64,000 nt of DNA from Burkholderiaceae bacterium (GCA_016790175.1 JAEUPI010000094.1:20967-84966); one strand, 5' to 3'. Positions 9,918 to 18,376 are shown, counted from the stretch's first letter. Numbers and translations: made by a program. The notes: a model not told the origin generated them from the letters alone.

Positions 9918-11171
9918 ATGTCACGCGCCGCGGCCGCGGCCTTCACGCTGGCCGGCCTGTGTGCGGCGGCCGCAGCGATCGCGCCGCCGCCGTCAGCACG
10001 AGCGTTGCAGCCGCTGATCGACGCCACGCCGACCGGTGCCACGTTGAGCCTGCCCGCCGGTGACTACCTCGGCCCGGCCACGATCGGCAAGCCGATGGTG
10101 CTCGACGGTGCCGGCGTCGCCCGCATCGTGGGCGACGGCCACGGCAGCGTGCTCGCGGTGCGCGCCGACGGTGTGACGCTGCGCGGGCTGCGCATCGAAC
10201 GCAGCGGCGATTCGACCGACCGCATCGACGCCGGCATCGTGCTGCAGGGCCGCGGCCATGTGGTCGAGCACAACGCGCTCGACGATGTGCTGTTCGGCAT
10301 CCACCTGCAGGGCACGAACGACTCGCTCGTGCGCAACAACCGCGTGCACGGCAAGGCGCTGGCGCCGGGGCTGCGCGGCGACGCCCTGCGGCTGTGGAAC
10401 GCGCGGCGCAACCGCATCGAGGACAACGCGTTCGAACGGGCGCGCGACCTCACGCTGATCAACTCGCCCGACAACCGGCTCGCCGGCAACCGCTTCCGCG
10501 ACGGCCGCTACGGCCTGCACGTGGTGTTCTCGCCGCGCCTGGCGGCCGAGCGAAACCGGCTCGAACACACCGGCACCGGCATCGTGGTGCTGTACTCGCC
10601 GCAGCTCGTGCTGCGCGGCAACCGCGTGGCCCATGCGCTCACCGACGGCGGCGCCGGCATCGTGCTGAAGGAAAGCGACGACTCCACCGTCGAAGGCAAC
10701 GAGGTACTGCACTGCGCGGTAGGCCTCAAGCTCGACACGCCGGTCGAGGGGCGCGGCAGCCTCGTCGTGCGCGGCAACCATTTCGCGCACAACATCGTGG
10801 GTCTGTTCTTCTATGGCGAGGCCGGCGCCGGGCAGTTCGACGACAACCGCTTCAGCCACAACCTCACCACGGTGGCCATCAGCGCACCGGGTGCCGGCAG
10901 CGCGCACCGCTGGCGCGGCAACCAGTGGGACGAATACCAGGGCCTGGATCTCGACCGCAACGGCATCGGCGACACGCCGCACGAGGTGCTGCTGTGGGCC
11001 GACCGCATCTGGATGGAGCGGCCGATGGCCACCTTCTTCCGCAACTCACCCGCACTCGAGCTGCTCGACCTGCTGGAGCGGCTGGCGCCGTTCACCTCAC
11101 CGGTGCGGGTGCTGCACGACCCCCGGCCGCGCCTGCACGGCGCGGCCACCGAACTGGAGACCTCACCATGA
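9918..11171 (+). CDS. Second NosD-family beta-helix protein (paralogue of 3931-5319)
   Basis: Colinear with NosD, including the C-terminal GIGDTPHEVLLWADRIWMERPMATFF...LLDLLERLAPFTSP. No dedicated nosF/nosY follows it. Confidence 0.85.
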   Translation: MSRAAAAAFTLAGLCAAAAAIAPPPSARALQPLIDATPTGATLSLPAGDYLGPATIGKPMVLDGAGVARIVGDGHGSVLAVRADGVTLRGLRIERSGDSTDRIDAGIVLQGRGHVVEHNALDDVLFGIHLQGTNDSLVRNNRVHGKALAPGLRGDALRLWNARRNRIEDNAFERARDLTLINSPDNRLAGNRFRDGRYGLHVVFSPRLAAERNRLEHTGTGIVVLYSPQLVLRGNRVAHALTDGGAGIVLKESDDSTVEGNEVLHCAVGLKLDTPVEGRGSLVVRGNHFAHNIVGLFFYGEAGAGQFDDNRFSHNLTTVAISAPGAGSAHRWRGNQWDEYQGLDLDRNGIGDTPHEVLLWADRIWMERPMATFFRNSPALELLDLLERLAPFTSPVRVLHDPRPRLHGAATELETSP

Positions 11172-12052
11172 CCCGACGACTGCTCGCACTCGCCGCCATG
11201 CTGACCGGCACCCTCGGCACGCCATCGGCGCTCGCCCAAGCTGAAGACATGGCCTTGCAGGCGGTGGCCGAGCTGGCGCGCCTGAACGGCCAGGCACTGG
11301 CCTGTCGCGACAGCGCAGCGGCGCAGCGCGCGAAGGCATTGATGCTGGAGCTGGCACCGAAGACCGGACGGTTCGGCAACGTGTTCGACGAAGGCACGCA
11401 GAACGCCTTCCTCGCGCAGACGCGCGCTGAGCGCCCCTGCCCGCCGGCTGCCGAGCTGAGTGCACAGCTCGATGCACAGGCGCGGCGCCTGCGCAGCGCA
11501 ACGGCCGGCCTGGCACATGCCCAGATCGCCGACGACAGCGAGCTGCCGCGTCACAGCATGCCTCGTTATCTGCTGCAAGGCCCGCGCGGCGGCGCGGTGA
11601 CGGGCGACGACTTCCGCGGCCGTTTCCAGCTCGTGGCCTTCGGCTTCACCTCGTGCCCCGACGTGTGCCCCACCACGCTGATCGAAGTGAAGCAGACGCT
11701 CGAGGCGCTCGGCGAGCGCGCGGCGAAGCTGCAGCCGGTGTTCATCACCATCGACCCGCAACGCGACACGCCGGTGGTGATCGAGGCCTACACCAAGGCG
11801 TTCGATCCGCGCATTCTCGGCCTCACCGGCAGCGAGGCGCTGGTGCGCCGCGCGGCAGACAGCTTCAAGGTGCGCTATCGCCGGGTGCAGGAGCCCGGTG
11901 CCGCGCCCGACGTCTACACGATGGAGCACAGCGCAGGCATGTTCCTGCTCGGCCCCGACGGGCAGCTGCTCGAACGCATCGTCTACGGCACCACGGTGCG
12001 CGAGATCGTCACGCGCATCGGAACCTGGATGGACACCGCCGCCGCGCGATGA
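11168..12052 (+). CDS. SCO1/SenC-family copper chaperone with a ~110-aa N-terminal extension
   Basis: ATGA overlap with the previous gene; signal peptide; FGFTSCPDVCPTTL (CxxxC) and a downstream His (MEHSAGMFL). Confidence 0.85.
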   Translation: MTRRLLALAAMLTGTLGTPSALAQAEDMALQAVAELARLNGQALACRDSAAAQRAKALMLELAPKTGRFGNVFDEGTQNAFLAQTRAERPCPPAAELSAQLDAQARRLRSATAGLAHAQIADDSELPRHSMPRYLLQGPRGGAVTGDDFRGRFQLVAFGFTSCPDVCPTTLIEVKQTLEALGERAAKLQPVFITIDPQRDTPVVIEAYTKAFDPRILGLTGSEALVRRAADSFKVRYRRVQEPGAAPDVYTMEHSAGMFLLGPDGQLLERIVYGTTVREIVTRIGTWMDTAAAR

Positions 12053-13344
12053 AGCGGCGCGCGCTGCTGCGGCTCGCGGGCGCCGCCGGCGTGTGGGCCG
12101 GGCAGCTGGGCGCCGGGCGCGCGGCCACTGGCGCCAAACCCCGCGTCGTGATCGTCGGTGCCGGCTGGGGCGGCCTGGCGGCGGCCTCTGCGCTGACGCG
12201 CGACAGCGAAACGTTCGACGTGCGGGTGTTCGATCGCGAGCGCGAGTTCCGCTCGCTGCCCCTCGCCAACGCCTGGCTCGTCGGACGCACGCCGCTGCGC
12301 CTGCCACCGCTGGACCTGGCCACGCTGGCGCGCCGCCAGGGCTGGCGCTTCGACGCCGCGCCGGTGCAGGCGATCGACCGCGCAAGGCGCGAGGTGCAGG
12401 CCGGCGGCGAGCGCATCGGCTACGACGCGCTGGTGCTCGCCACCGGCGCCGTCGGCGACCCCGCGGCCTGGTTCGGCGACGACGCGCGCGCCGCGAGTGA
12501 AGCGCGCACGCGATTCCCGGCCGGCTTCGAGGTCGGCGAGCTCGAAACCTGCCGCCAAAGGCTCGAGGCCTTTGCCGAAGTCGGCGGCGGCACGCTGCTG
12601 ATGACCGTGCCGCCGGCGCCCTACCGCTGCCCGCCGGCACCCTATGAACGCGCGGCGCTGATCGGCTGGTGGATCAAGACGCGCCGGCTGAAGGCGAAGT
12701 TGATCGTGCTCGATGCCGGCGGCGGCATGCCGCGCTTCAACCGCTTGTTCGGCGAACGCTACCAGGCGCAGATCGAACATCGCCTGCACACGCCGGTGCG
12801 CCGCGTCGATCCGTTTCGCAAGACGGTGACCACCGACGACGGCGAAGAACGCTTCGACCATGCGCTGCTGCTGCCGACCATGCATGCGGGCGCATTGGTG
12901 CGCGAGGCCGGCCTGCTCGGCCGCGATGCCCAGGGTGCCGCCACGCGCTGGGCCGCGGTGGACGCCGGCACGCTGCGCTCGCCGCACGACGAACGGGTGT
13001 GGATCGTCGGCGATGCGATGGACAACGTGTCGCCGCTCTTCGGCGCCTATCCGAAGACGGCGCACATCGCGGCCGATCTCGGTGCGGCCGCCGCGGCACA
13101 GATCGGCGCCGCGCTGCACGGTGCGCGCGATGCGGCGCCGGCCGCACTGCCGCGCAGCCTGTGTCATGTGTGGCTCGACGCCGAGCCGGCCGAGCAGTTG
13201 ATCCTCGACGCGAGCTTTCGCCGGCGCGGCGACGGCCTGATCGTTCAGAGCGTGCGCCAGACCGACAACCCGCAGCCGCGCGACGAGGACTTGCAGTGGG
13301 CGCGCGAGTTGATGGCACAACGGCTGGGCGTTTCGCTCGGCTAG
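12049..13344 (+). CDS. Tat-exported FAD-dependent oxidoreductase, FccB/SoxF (flavocytochrome c sulfide dehydrogenase flavoprotein)-like
   Basis: ATGA overlap with the sco1 stop; leader MKRRALLRLAGAAG; dinucleotide fold VVIVGAGWGGLAAA; PPAPYRCPPAPYERA motif as in FccB-type enzymes. No cytochrome subunit follows. Confidence 0.7.
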   Translation: MKRRALLRLAGAAGVWAGQLGAGRAATGAKPRVVIVGAGWGGLAAASALTRDSETFDVRVFDREREFRSLPLANAWLVGRTPLRLPPLDLATLARRQGWRFDAAPVQAIDRARREVQAGGERIGYDALVLATGAVGDPAAWFGDDARAASEARTRFPAGFEVGELETCRQRLEAFAEVGGGTLLMTVPPAPYRCPPAPYERAALIGWWIKTRRLKAKLIVLDAGGGMPRFNRLFGERYQAQIEHRLHTPVRRVDPFRKTVTTDDGEERFDHALLLPTMHAGALVREAGLLGRDAQGAATRWAAVDAGTLRSPHDERVWIVGDAMDNVSPLFGAYPKTAHIAADLGAAAAAQIGAALHGARDAAPAALPRSLCHVWLDAEPAEQLILDASFRRRGDGLIVQSVRQTDNPQPRDEDLQWARELMAQRLGVSLG

Positions 13345-13620
13345 GGCTGGCGTAAGGCAGGGCAACCGTTCGCCGTCGTGCCGGGCGAATGCGCGCAGCC
13401 GTGTGACCGAGCTTCATTTCAAGCCCGCGCAGCGCCCTCGCAACTCGGTCCGCTGGTTCGGTCCAACCGGCCGCTCTTGTTCGCCATTGCGATCGACGGG
13501 CCACTTCGCGGCAATTGCATAACTCAGAATGCCTGCGGTTGGATGTCCATTGATGTCGGGCGACTGCTCACGGCCACATCCTGCCGCTGACCACGGGCAG
13601 CTCTGGCAACGCTCCGTGCG

Positions 13621-13941
13621 TCAGCGGTAGTCGTTCTCGTGCTGGTCTCGCGCGGCGAGCAACAGGACATCGGCATCGCGAATCGCAAACAGAATGACGC
13701 ACCCGCCCTGTCCAAACGGGACGATCAGCTCGCGAAATTCCCTTTCCTCTTCGGCTCGGCGACAAGTGTGCGGCGCAAACGAGAGAATCCCCATCGCACG
13801 CTCGACCGCGTCGCGGAACCGAAAAAGACACGCCTCATCCGGCGTGTTGCTGGCGAGTTCGCGCTCGACGATGTGATCCTCGAGGCGCTTGACATCGTCT
13901 TGGAAAGTGGCGGTCGCAACAACGCGATACCGCTCACTCAC
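13621..13941 (-). CDS. ParE/RelE-superfamily type II toxin
   Basis: 106 aa; YRVV..A..D...L.. start and C-terminal ...ILFAIRDADVLLLAARDQHENDY pattern; 4-nt overlap with the upstream antitoxin gene. Confidence 0.75.
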   Translation of the reverse strand: MSERYRVVATATFQDDVKRLEDHIVERELASNTPDEACLFRFRDAVERAMGILSFAPHTCRRAEEEREFRELIVPFGQGGCVILFAIRDADVLLLAARDQHENDYR

Positions 13942-14246
13942 CGTGTTGCCCGCGTTTTCTTCGTCGCGACCGCATCACGAATGCGCTGCTGTGCCGCCCG
14001 GGCACGCTGCTCCATGCCCACCAGGAAGTCCTCGACCGTCAACAGGCCGACGCCCCTGTCAGCGCTGCGCAATGCCTTCTTCGCGCGTGCAACTGCGGCG
14101 TTCTGCTCAGCGCGAAACTCGGCCTCGCGGCGAACGGCGCTCTCGATGAACTGCGTCAACGATTCGCCTTCTCGCAGCACAGCCTCGAGGCTGGCCTTCG
14201 TTTCGGGTTCGACGCGGATGGGCGGCAAGGTGGCGGAGCGGGTCAT
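13938..14246 (-). CDS. Type II antitoxin (ribbon-helix-helix-like N-terminus) paired with the ParE-like toxin
   Basis: 102 aa starting at the ATG at 14246 (the ORF-track 300-aa ORF is an over-extension). PPIRVEPETKASLEAVL... beta-strand/helix start, then a helical charged tail; stop overlaps the toxin start. Confidence 0.7.
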   Translation of the reverse strand: MTRSATLPPIRVEPETKASLEAVLREGESLTQFIESAVRREAEFRAEQNAAVARAKKALRSADRGVGLLTVEDFLVGMEQRARAAQQRIRDAVATKKTRATR

Positions 14247-14256
14247 GAGGCATGAG

Positions 14257-14276
14257 TGTATAGCATTTCGTATACA
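14257..14276 (-). promoter_or_regulatory. AT-rich inverted repeat TGTATA-N8-TATACA just upstream of the antitoxin start (candidate TA operator / -10 region)
   Basis: Perfect 6-bp arms at 14257-14262 and 14271-14276, 11 nt from the ATG; locally AT-rich within a GC-rich background. Confidence 0.5.
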
Positions 14277-14449
14277 GATTCGAGCCGGGAGATTCGCTGC
14301 TGTCCGACCGAGCGACCGCTCTCTGGACGCGCACTCGGGGCCGCGGATGTCGCTGATGGGTCGAAAACAGCCCGTCGCCCCACCCGGCCGGGCGCCTGAA
14401 CCCAGTCCGCAGCACCCAGCGCCGAGCAGGGCTTGAAGTAGCCAACAGT

Positions 14450-15283
14450 TCATGCGACGTCTGTGTCTGGCAAGCCTGCGGCACGAAAGGCCATCGCGCG
14501 CTCGATGGCGCGCAGTTGCGGCTCGTGGACCGGTGCGGCGATCCGGACTTCCTGGATGGGCACCGCGTCCAGCACTTCGATGCCATGCAGACGGAAGATC
14601 TGACGGCCGGCGCGGCTGCGCGCAAGCTTGTGCACCTGGCGGATCAGCGCACCCAGTCGCTCGCGCTCGTTGGGCTGTCGCAGCACGCGGCGAATCGCCT
14701 CGCGCGCCACGTCGACAGCCCAGATTGCCTGGGTGACGACGTGTGGGCCTTTCGATTCCAGCAGGCCCACGGCGTTCTGCACCCTGGAATCCAGCACATG
14801 TAGCGGGTGCATGACGCGGATGATGTGCCCCGGCTTCCATTCGATTTCGACGCTTTCGCGCCAGACCGCCTGCGTGAACTCGCGAGACTTGCGCAGCCCG
14901 CCCACGGTGAACAGCAAGTGCAACACGTCGATGTTGCGCACCTTCCCCGCCGAGCCCGTGGGGATGCGGATCTGCGAAACCAGCGGGGTGAGGGTGGCGG
15001 CCTGTGGGGTGAGCATCGCCGCGCGCAAGTGCACGGCGATGCGCCGGGCGCGCTCCAGATTTCCGAGCACGTCGCCGTCGTTGGAGATGCTGGCCGTCGT
15101 TGTCGTGACGCCGTAACGGTCCATCCAGAAGGCAAGCGCTTGCCCGCCAACCAGGACCATGTCGGTGCCCACGCCCTCCAGAAACGCATCGAGCGTGGCC
15201 GCGTCCAGCGGCGCCTCGTCTTCCGGCAGCAAAGGCCGGGTTGCTGGCTCGGGCGAGCGTTGGCGGCGCTTGCTCATCACCAT
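14450..15283 (-). CDS. Uncharacterised protein with a polymerase-beta-type nucleotidyltransferase motif pattern (candidate toxin partner of the ParD-like gene)
   Basis: VLVGGQALAFW...(20 aa)...SNDGDVLG...RNIDVLH fits hG[GS]-x-D.D-x-D. Starts 19 nt after the ParD-like stop. Start taken at MVMSKRR (15283); 15277 is also possible. Confidence 0.5.
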   Translation of the reverse strand: MVMSKRRQRSPEPATRPLLPEDEAPLDAATLDAFLEGVGTDMVLVGGQALAFWMDRYGVTTTTASISNDGDVLGNLERARRIAVHLRAAMLTPQAATLTPLVSQIRIPTGSAGKVRNIDVLHLLFTVGGLRKSREFTQAVWRESVEIEWKPGHIIRVMHPLHVLDSRVQNAVGLLESKGPHVVTQAIWAVDVAREAIRRVLRQPNERERLGALIRQVHKLARSRAGRQIFRLHGIEVLDAVPIQEVRIAAPVHEPQLRAIERAMAFRAAGLPDTDVA

Positions 15284-15302
15284 GCCCGGCCGTAGGCCGG
15301 GC

Positions 15303-15641
15303 CTACAGCGGCGACTTGATCGCCTTGGCGCGCCGCGCACGGCCGCCCGAGAACCAGCTCATCGACTCGTTGCTCGCCCGGCCTGACTCGATGGCTGCGA
15401 TGTCGCGCGCCTGCTGGGCGCGCTTGGCAGCCCACAACGTGCTTTCAGGCGGATTGCGCGTCGCCTTGTCACCATGCAGCAATTCAACGAGTTCGCCAAC
15501 CGACAGACCGCTCTGCTCCAGCGCAGCGCCCAACCGCGCCCAGTGCTCAAGCTGCTGGGCAGCCGATCGCGACAGAACCTCGCCGTGGCGCTGGGCGTGC
15601 TCGAACAGCTCGGCGGAGATGCGGATGGAGTTGCTGCTCAT
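15303..15641 (-). CDS. ParD-like (PF11903-type) antitoxin family protein
   Basis: IRISAELFEHAQRHGEVLSRSAAQQLEHWARLGAALE matches the ParD-like RS..QQ(I/L)EHWA(R)LG signature as I remember it. ATG at 15641 preferred over the GTG at 15662. Confidence 0.65.
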   Translation of the reverse strand: MSSNSIRISAELFEHAQRHGEVLSRSAAQQLEHWARLGAALEQSGLSVGELVELLHGDKATRNPPESTLWAAKRAQQARDIAAIESGRASNESMSWFSGGRARRAKAIKSPL

Positions 15642-15758
15642 GCTGCTGTGGCAGATTACCACAATTCCGTCCGCGCGGCCTCAGCACTCGCGCACGAGAT
15701 GCGCTCGCGCCTTCGGCAGCCGAAGCGTCGTCCGCAGTGGACGCCGCTTCGCGCGGCC

Positions 15759-16595
15759 TCAGCGCCGGTCGCGCACCACGAACGGCTCGATCAGCGCCTC
15801 CTGCACCGACGGCGGCCGGTTGCGCGCCTTGTCGAAGTTGGCGTTCCAGACATCGGCGTTCGAAAGCTCGGCGTCGCGCATGTCGGCATCCTCGAACACG
15901 GCATGGCGAAGCGTGGCGCCGAGCAGCTTGGTACCCACGAGCTGGGACCGCGAGAAGTCCACCTTCTCCAACGCCGCGCCGGTGAGGTCGGCCCCGCTCA
16001 GGTTCGCGCCGACAAACCTGGCGCCGGAGAACACGCCGCGCAACGCATAGCAGCCCTGGATCGAGCCGCCGCTCAGGTCGATGCCCTCCATCAGCACGTC
16101 TTTCAGGTAGGCACCGCCGAAATCGGCACGCGGCGCCTTGGTGCCGATCAGGTTGGCGCCGAACAGGTTGGCACCGCCGAACATCCCATCGGAGACGTCG
16201 GCGTCGTCGAAGGTGGCGTGAAACAGGTCGGCCTTGCGAAAGTCGGCCTTCGCGAGCTGTGCGCCGGTGAAGTTGGCCCACTTGGCGTTGCTGCCGCCAA
16301 AGTCAGCGCCCTCCAGACGCGCCCGCCGCAGGTCGGCGCTTTCGAGCTTGGCACCGGCCAGGCGCACGCCGCGCAGATCGCGACCCGACAGCCGCGCGCG
16401 CGTGAAGTCGCACGCCGAGAGATCGGTCTGCGGCCTCGGGTCGGTGCAGTTGCCGCGCGGCAGGTCGGCGGCCTGCGCCACACCGACCAGCACGACCGCC
16501 ACGCGCGCCCAAGCGGACGCCGCGGATCCGGCTTCGCCGGTCCGCCAGCGGCGCCCCCTGGGGGGAGGCGCCGAAGGCGCTTCGGGGGGGGTCAC
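15759..16595 (-). CDS. Pentapeptide-repeat protein (exported?)
   Basis: About 40 consecutive A(D/N)LxG-type pentapeptides (ADLSGADLTGAALEKVDFSRSQLVGTKLLGATLRHAVFEDADMRDAELSNADV...); N-terminal hydrophobic stretch VAVVLVGVAQA. Confidence 0.85.
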   Translation of the reverse strand: MTPPEAPSAPPPRGRRWRTGEAGSAASAWARVAVVLVGVAQAADLPRGNCTDPRPQTDLSACDFTRARLSGRDLRGVRLAGAKLESADLRRARLEGADFGGSNAKWANFTGAQLAKADFRKADLFHATFDDADVSDGMFGGANLFGANLIGTKAPRADFGGAYLKDVLMEGIDLSGGSIQGCYALRGVFSGARFVGANLSGADLTGAALEKVDFSRSQLVGTKLLGATLRHAVFEDADMRDAELSNADVWNANFDKARNRPPSVQEALIEPFVVRDRR

Positions 16596-16596
16596 A

Positions 16597-17139
16597 TCAA
16601 TGCCGCGCGTAGATGCTCGTCTTGCCGTCTGGGGACACCAGCAGCGTCACGAATGCCTCGCGGCGGATCTCGTTCTCGCGACCGGCGTTGTCGAGGATCG
16701 TGCACGCCGTCTCGCAATACGGGTTGTAGTTCTCTCGCCCCGGCGCACCGCGCGGCAGCCCCGGCACCGCGAGGCCGCGCGCCTTGGGCCGCTCCTTAAG
16801 CAACGTGAGGATGTCGGTGGCCGGCACATGGCCCTCGATGAAGTAGCCCGCCACGCGCGCGGTGTGCACCGATTCGAGCTGCGACGGCACGTTGAGCCAG
16901 CGCTTGATGCGCGGCATCTCGGCGCTCGGCTTGTCTTCGATGGTCACCGCGAAGCCGTGCTTGCGCAGGTGTTCGGCCCAGTCGATGCACGCGAGGCACG
17001 GGCTGGGCGCGTAGACCACCACGGGCGGCAGCCCGGTGCGGTCGTTCGCCGCCGCTGGCGCAATGAGGGCAGCGCTCAATACGGCAACGGCCGCGAGCCT
17101 CAGCACGGCTTTTCCTTCGAGCAGCCTTTGAGGATCCAC
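16597..17139 (-). CDS. DUF411 (CopG-like) periplasmic metal-binding protein
   Basis: Signal peptide; SPCLACIDW; hallmark ESVHTARVAGYFIEGHVPATDI. An alternative GTG start at 17106 would reduce the overlap with the upstream gene. Confidence 0.8.
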   Translation of the reverse strand: MDPQRLLEGKAVLRLAAVAVLSAALIAPAAANDRTGLPPVVVYAPSPCLACIDWAEHLRKHGFAVTIEDKPSAEMPRIKRWLNVPSQLESVHTARVAGYFIEGHVPATDILTLLKERPKARGLAVPGLPRGAPGRENYNPYCETACTILDNAGRENEIRREAFVTLLVSPDGKTSIYARH

Positions 17140-17591
17140 AGCGAGATCTCGCCGGCCACCTCGTCGGCGCGCACCTTGCGCGCCATGCTCAGCACATCGC
17201 GCCCGGCCTCGGTCTTGGCGTGCGGGTCGGCCCCGGCGCGCAGCAGCAGCTTGGTATTGGCCGTGCGCGTGGCAAAGGCCGCCATGTGCAGCGGCGTGCG
17301 GCCTTCGGCGTCGCGCGCGTTGGGGTTGGCGCCGGCGGCCAGCAGCGCCTGCGTGGGGCCGGGGTCGAGGTTCATCGCCGCATAGTGCAGCGGCGTGGCG
17401 CCCTGCGTGGTGCGCACGTCGCGCTGCGAGGCGTCGGCCTTCAACAAGCCCTCGACGGTTGCGCGCGTGCCCTGGCGCGCGGCGTCGTGGATCGGGCGTT
17501 CGTTCTGGCCCTGCGCGAAGGCATCTGCCGCCGCAAGCACCAGCGCACCGGCGAGCATCGCCCCAAGGGCTACACGCACGGCGCCCCTCAT
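17100..17591 (-). CDS. Exported ankyrin-repeat protein
   Basis: Start at MRGAVRVALGAMLAGALVLAAADAFA (ATGA overlap with the cytochrome gene stop); ANK repeats GATPLHYAA...LLAAGANPNARDAEGRTPLHMAA...LLLRAGADP. Confidence 0.85.
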   Translation of the reverse strand: MRGAVRVALGAMLAGALVLAAADAFAQGQNERPIHDAARQGTRATVEGLLKADASQRDVRTTQGATPLHYAAMNLDPGPTQALLAAGANPNARDAEGRTPLHMAAFATRTANTKLLLRAGADPHAKTEAGRDVLSMARKVRADEVAGEISLWILKGCSKEKPC

Positions 17592-18283
17592 GGCTTGCCC
17601 CCGGCGGTCGTGGCCGTGCCGGCCGGGCCGGACTGGATCAAGGTGAGGTAGGCCAGCACGTCCAGCAGCTCCTGTTCCTTCATCTCGTTGAGGATGCCTT
17701 TGACCTCGACCTCGTCGTGCGGCCGATCGCCCTTGACGAAGGCGTCGATCTGCTTCTTCAGATAGGCCGTGTACTGCCCCACCAGCCGCGGGAACTTGCC
17801 CTTGCCCATGCCGTCTTTCGCGTGGCAGGCCGCGCATTCCTTCTGGTAGAGCTTGCCGCCCTGCTCGGTGTCGCCCGGCGATCGCGGGATGATCATCACC
17901 TTCTCCATCGCCGTCAATCGCGTGAGCGCATCGTCGCCCGGCTTGAACTCGGGCCACTGCGTGGGCAGCTCCACCTGCGCCAGATAGGCCGACACGTCCT
18001 CGATATCGGCGTCGGACAGCTCGCGCTCCTGCGTGTACGGGTACATCGGGATGTTGATGCGCGTGCGTTTGCGAAAGGCGCGCAGCTGGTCCACCAGGTG
18101 TGCCATTCGCTGGCCGGCCAGCCGCGGATACTCGCCGCGCTTGCCGCCCTGGCCGAATTCGCCGTGGCAGCCGGCGCAGGTGGCGTTGATCTCCTTGCCG
18201 CGCTCGAGGTTCTGCGCCGGCGCGGCCAGCGCCAGGCTCAGCAACAGTGCCCCTACGCACGGCGACAGCCGGTTCGTCTTCAT
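17588..18283 (-). CDS. Dihaem cytochrome c (c4 family)
   Basis: Signal peptide MKTNRLSPCVGALLLSLALAAPA; CAGCH and CAACH motifs. The upstream ATG at 18355 falls inside the FNR-type box, so 18283 is preferred. Confidence 0.85.
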   Translation of the reverse strand: MKTNRLSPCVGALLLSLALAAPAQNLERGKEINATCAGCHGEFGQGGKRGEYPRLAGQRMAHLVDQLRAFRKRTRINIPMYPYTQERELSDADIEDVSAYLAQVELPTQWPEFKPGDDALTRLTAMEKVMIIPRSPGDTEQGGKLYQKECAACHAKDGMGKGKFPRLVGQYTAYLKKQIDAFVKGDRPHDEVEVKGILNEMKEQELLDVLAYLTLIQSGPAGTATTAGGKP

Positions 18284-18348
18284 GACCTTCTTGGCGCGGG
18301 CCGCGCCCGCGACGACAGCGAGCATCGCGCCGGGCCGGGACGCGGTCC

Positions 18349-18362
18349 TTGACATTGTTCAA
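18349..18362 (-). promoter_or_regulatory. FNR/Dnr/NnrR-type box TTGAC-ATTG-TTCAA
   Basis: TTGA-N6-TCAA palindrome centred ~72 nt upstream of the cytochrome c ATG (18283), in the 93-nt gap after the SPASM remnant. Confidence 0.6.
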
Positions 18363-18376
18363 GGAAGCGCGCGCGC

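Noticed and set aside
13345-13620. 276-nt gene-free gap after the nos operon, inspected for a tRNA, att site, terminator or small RNA.
   Set aside because: No cloverleaf-compatible sequence, no convincing hairpin plus T-tract, and no repeat matching the other end of the accessory stretch.
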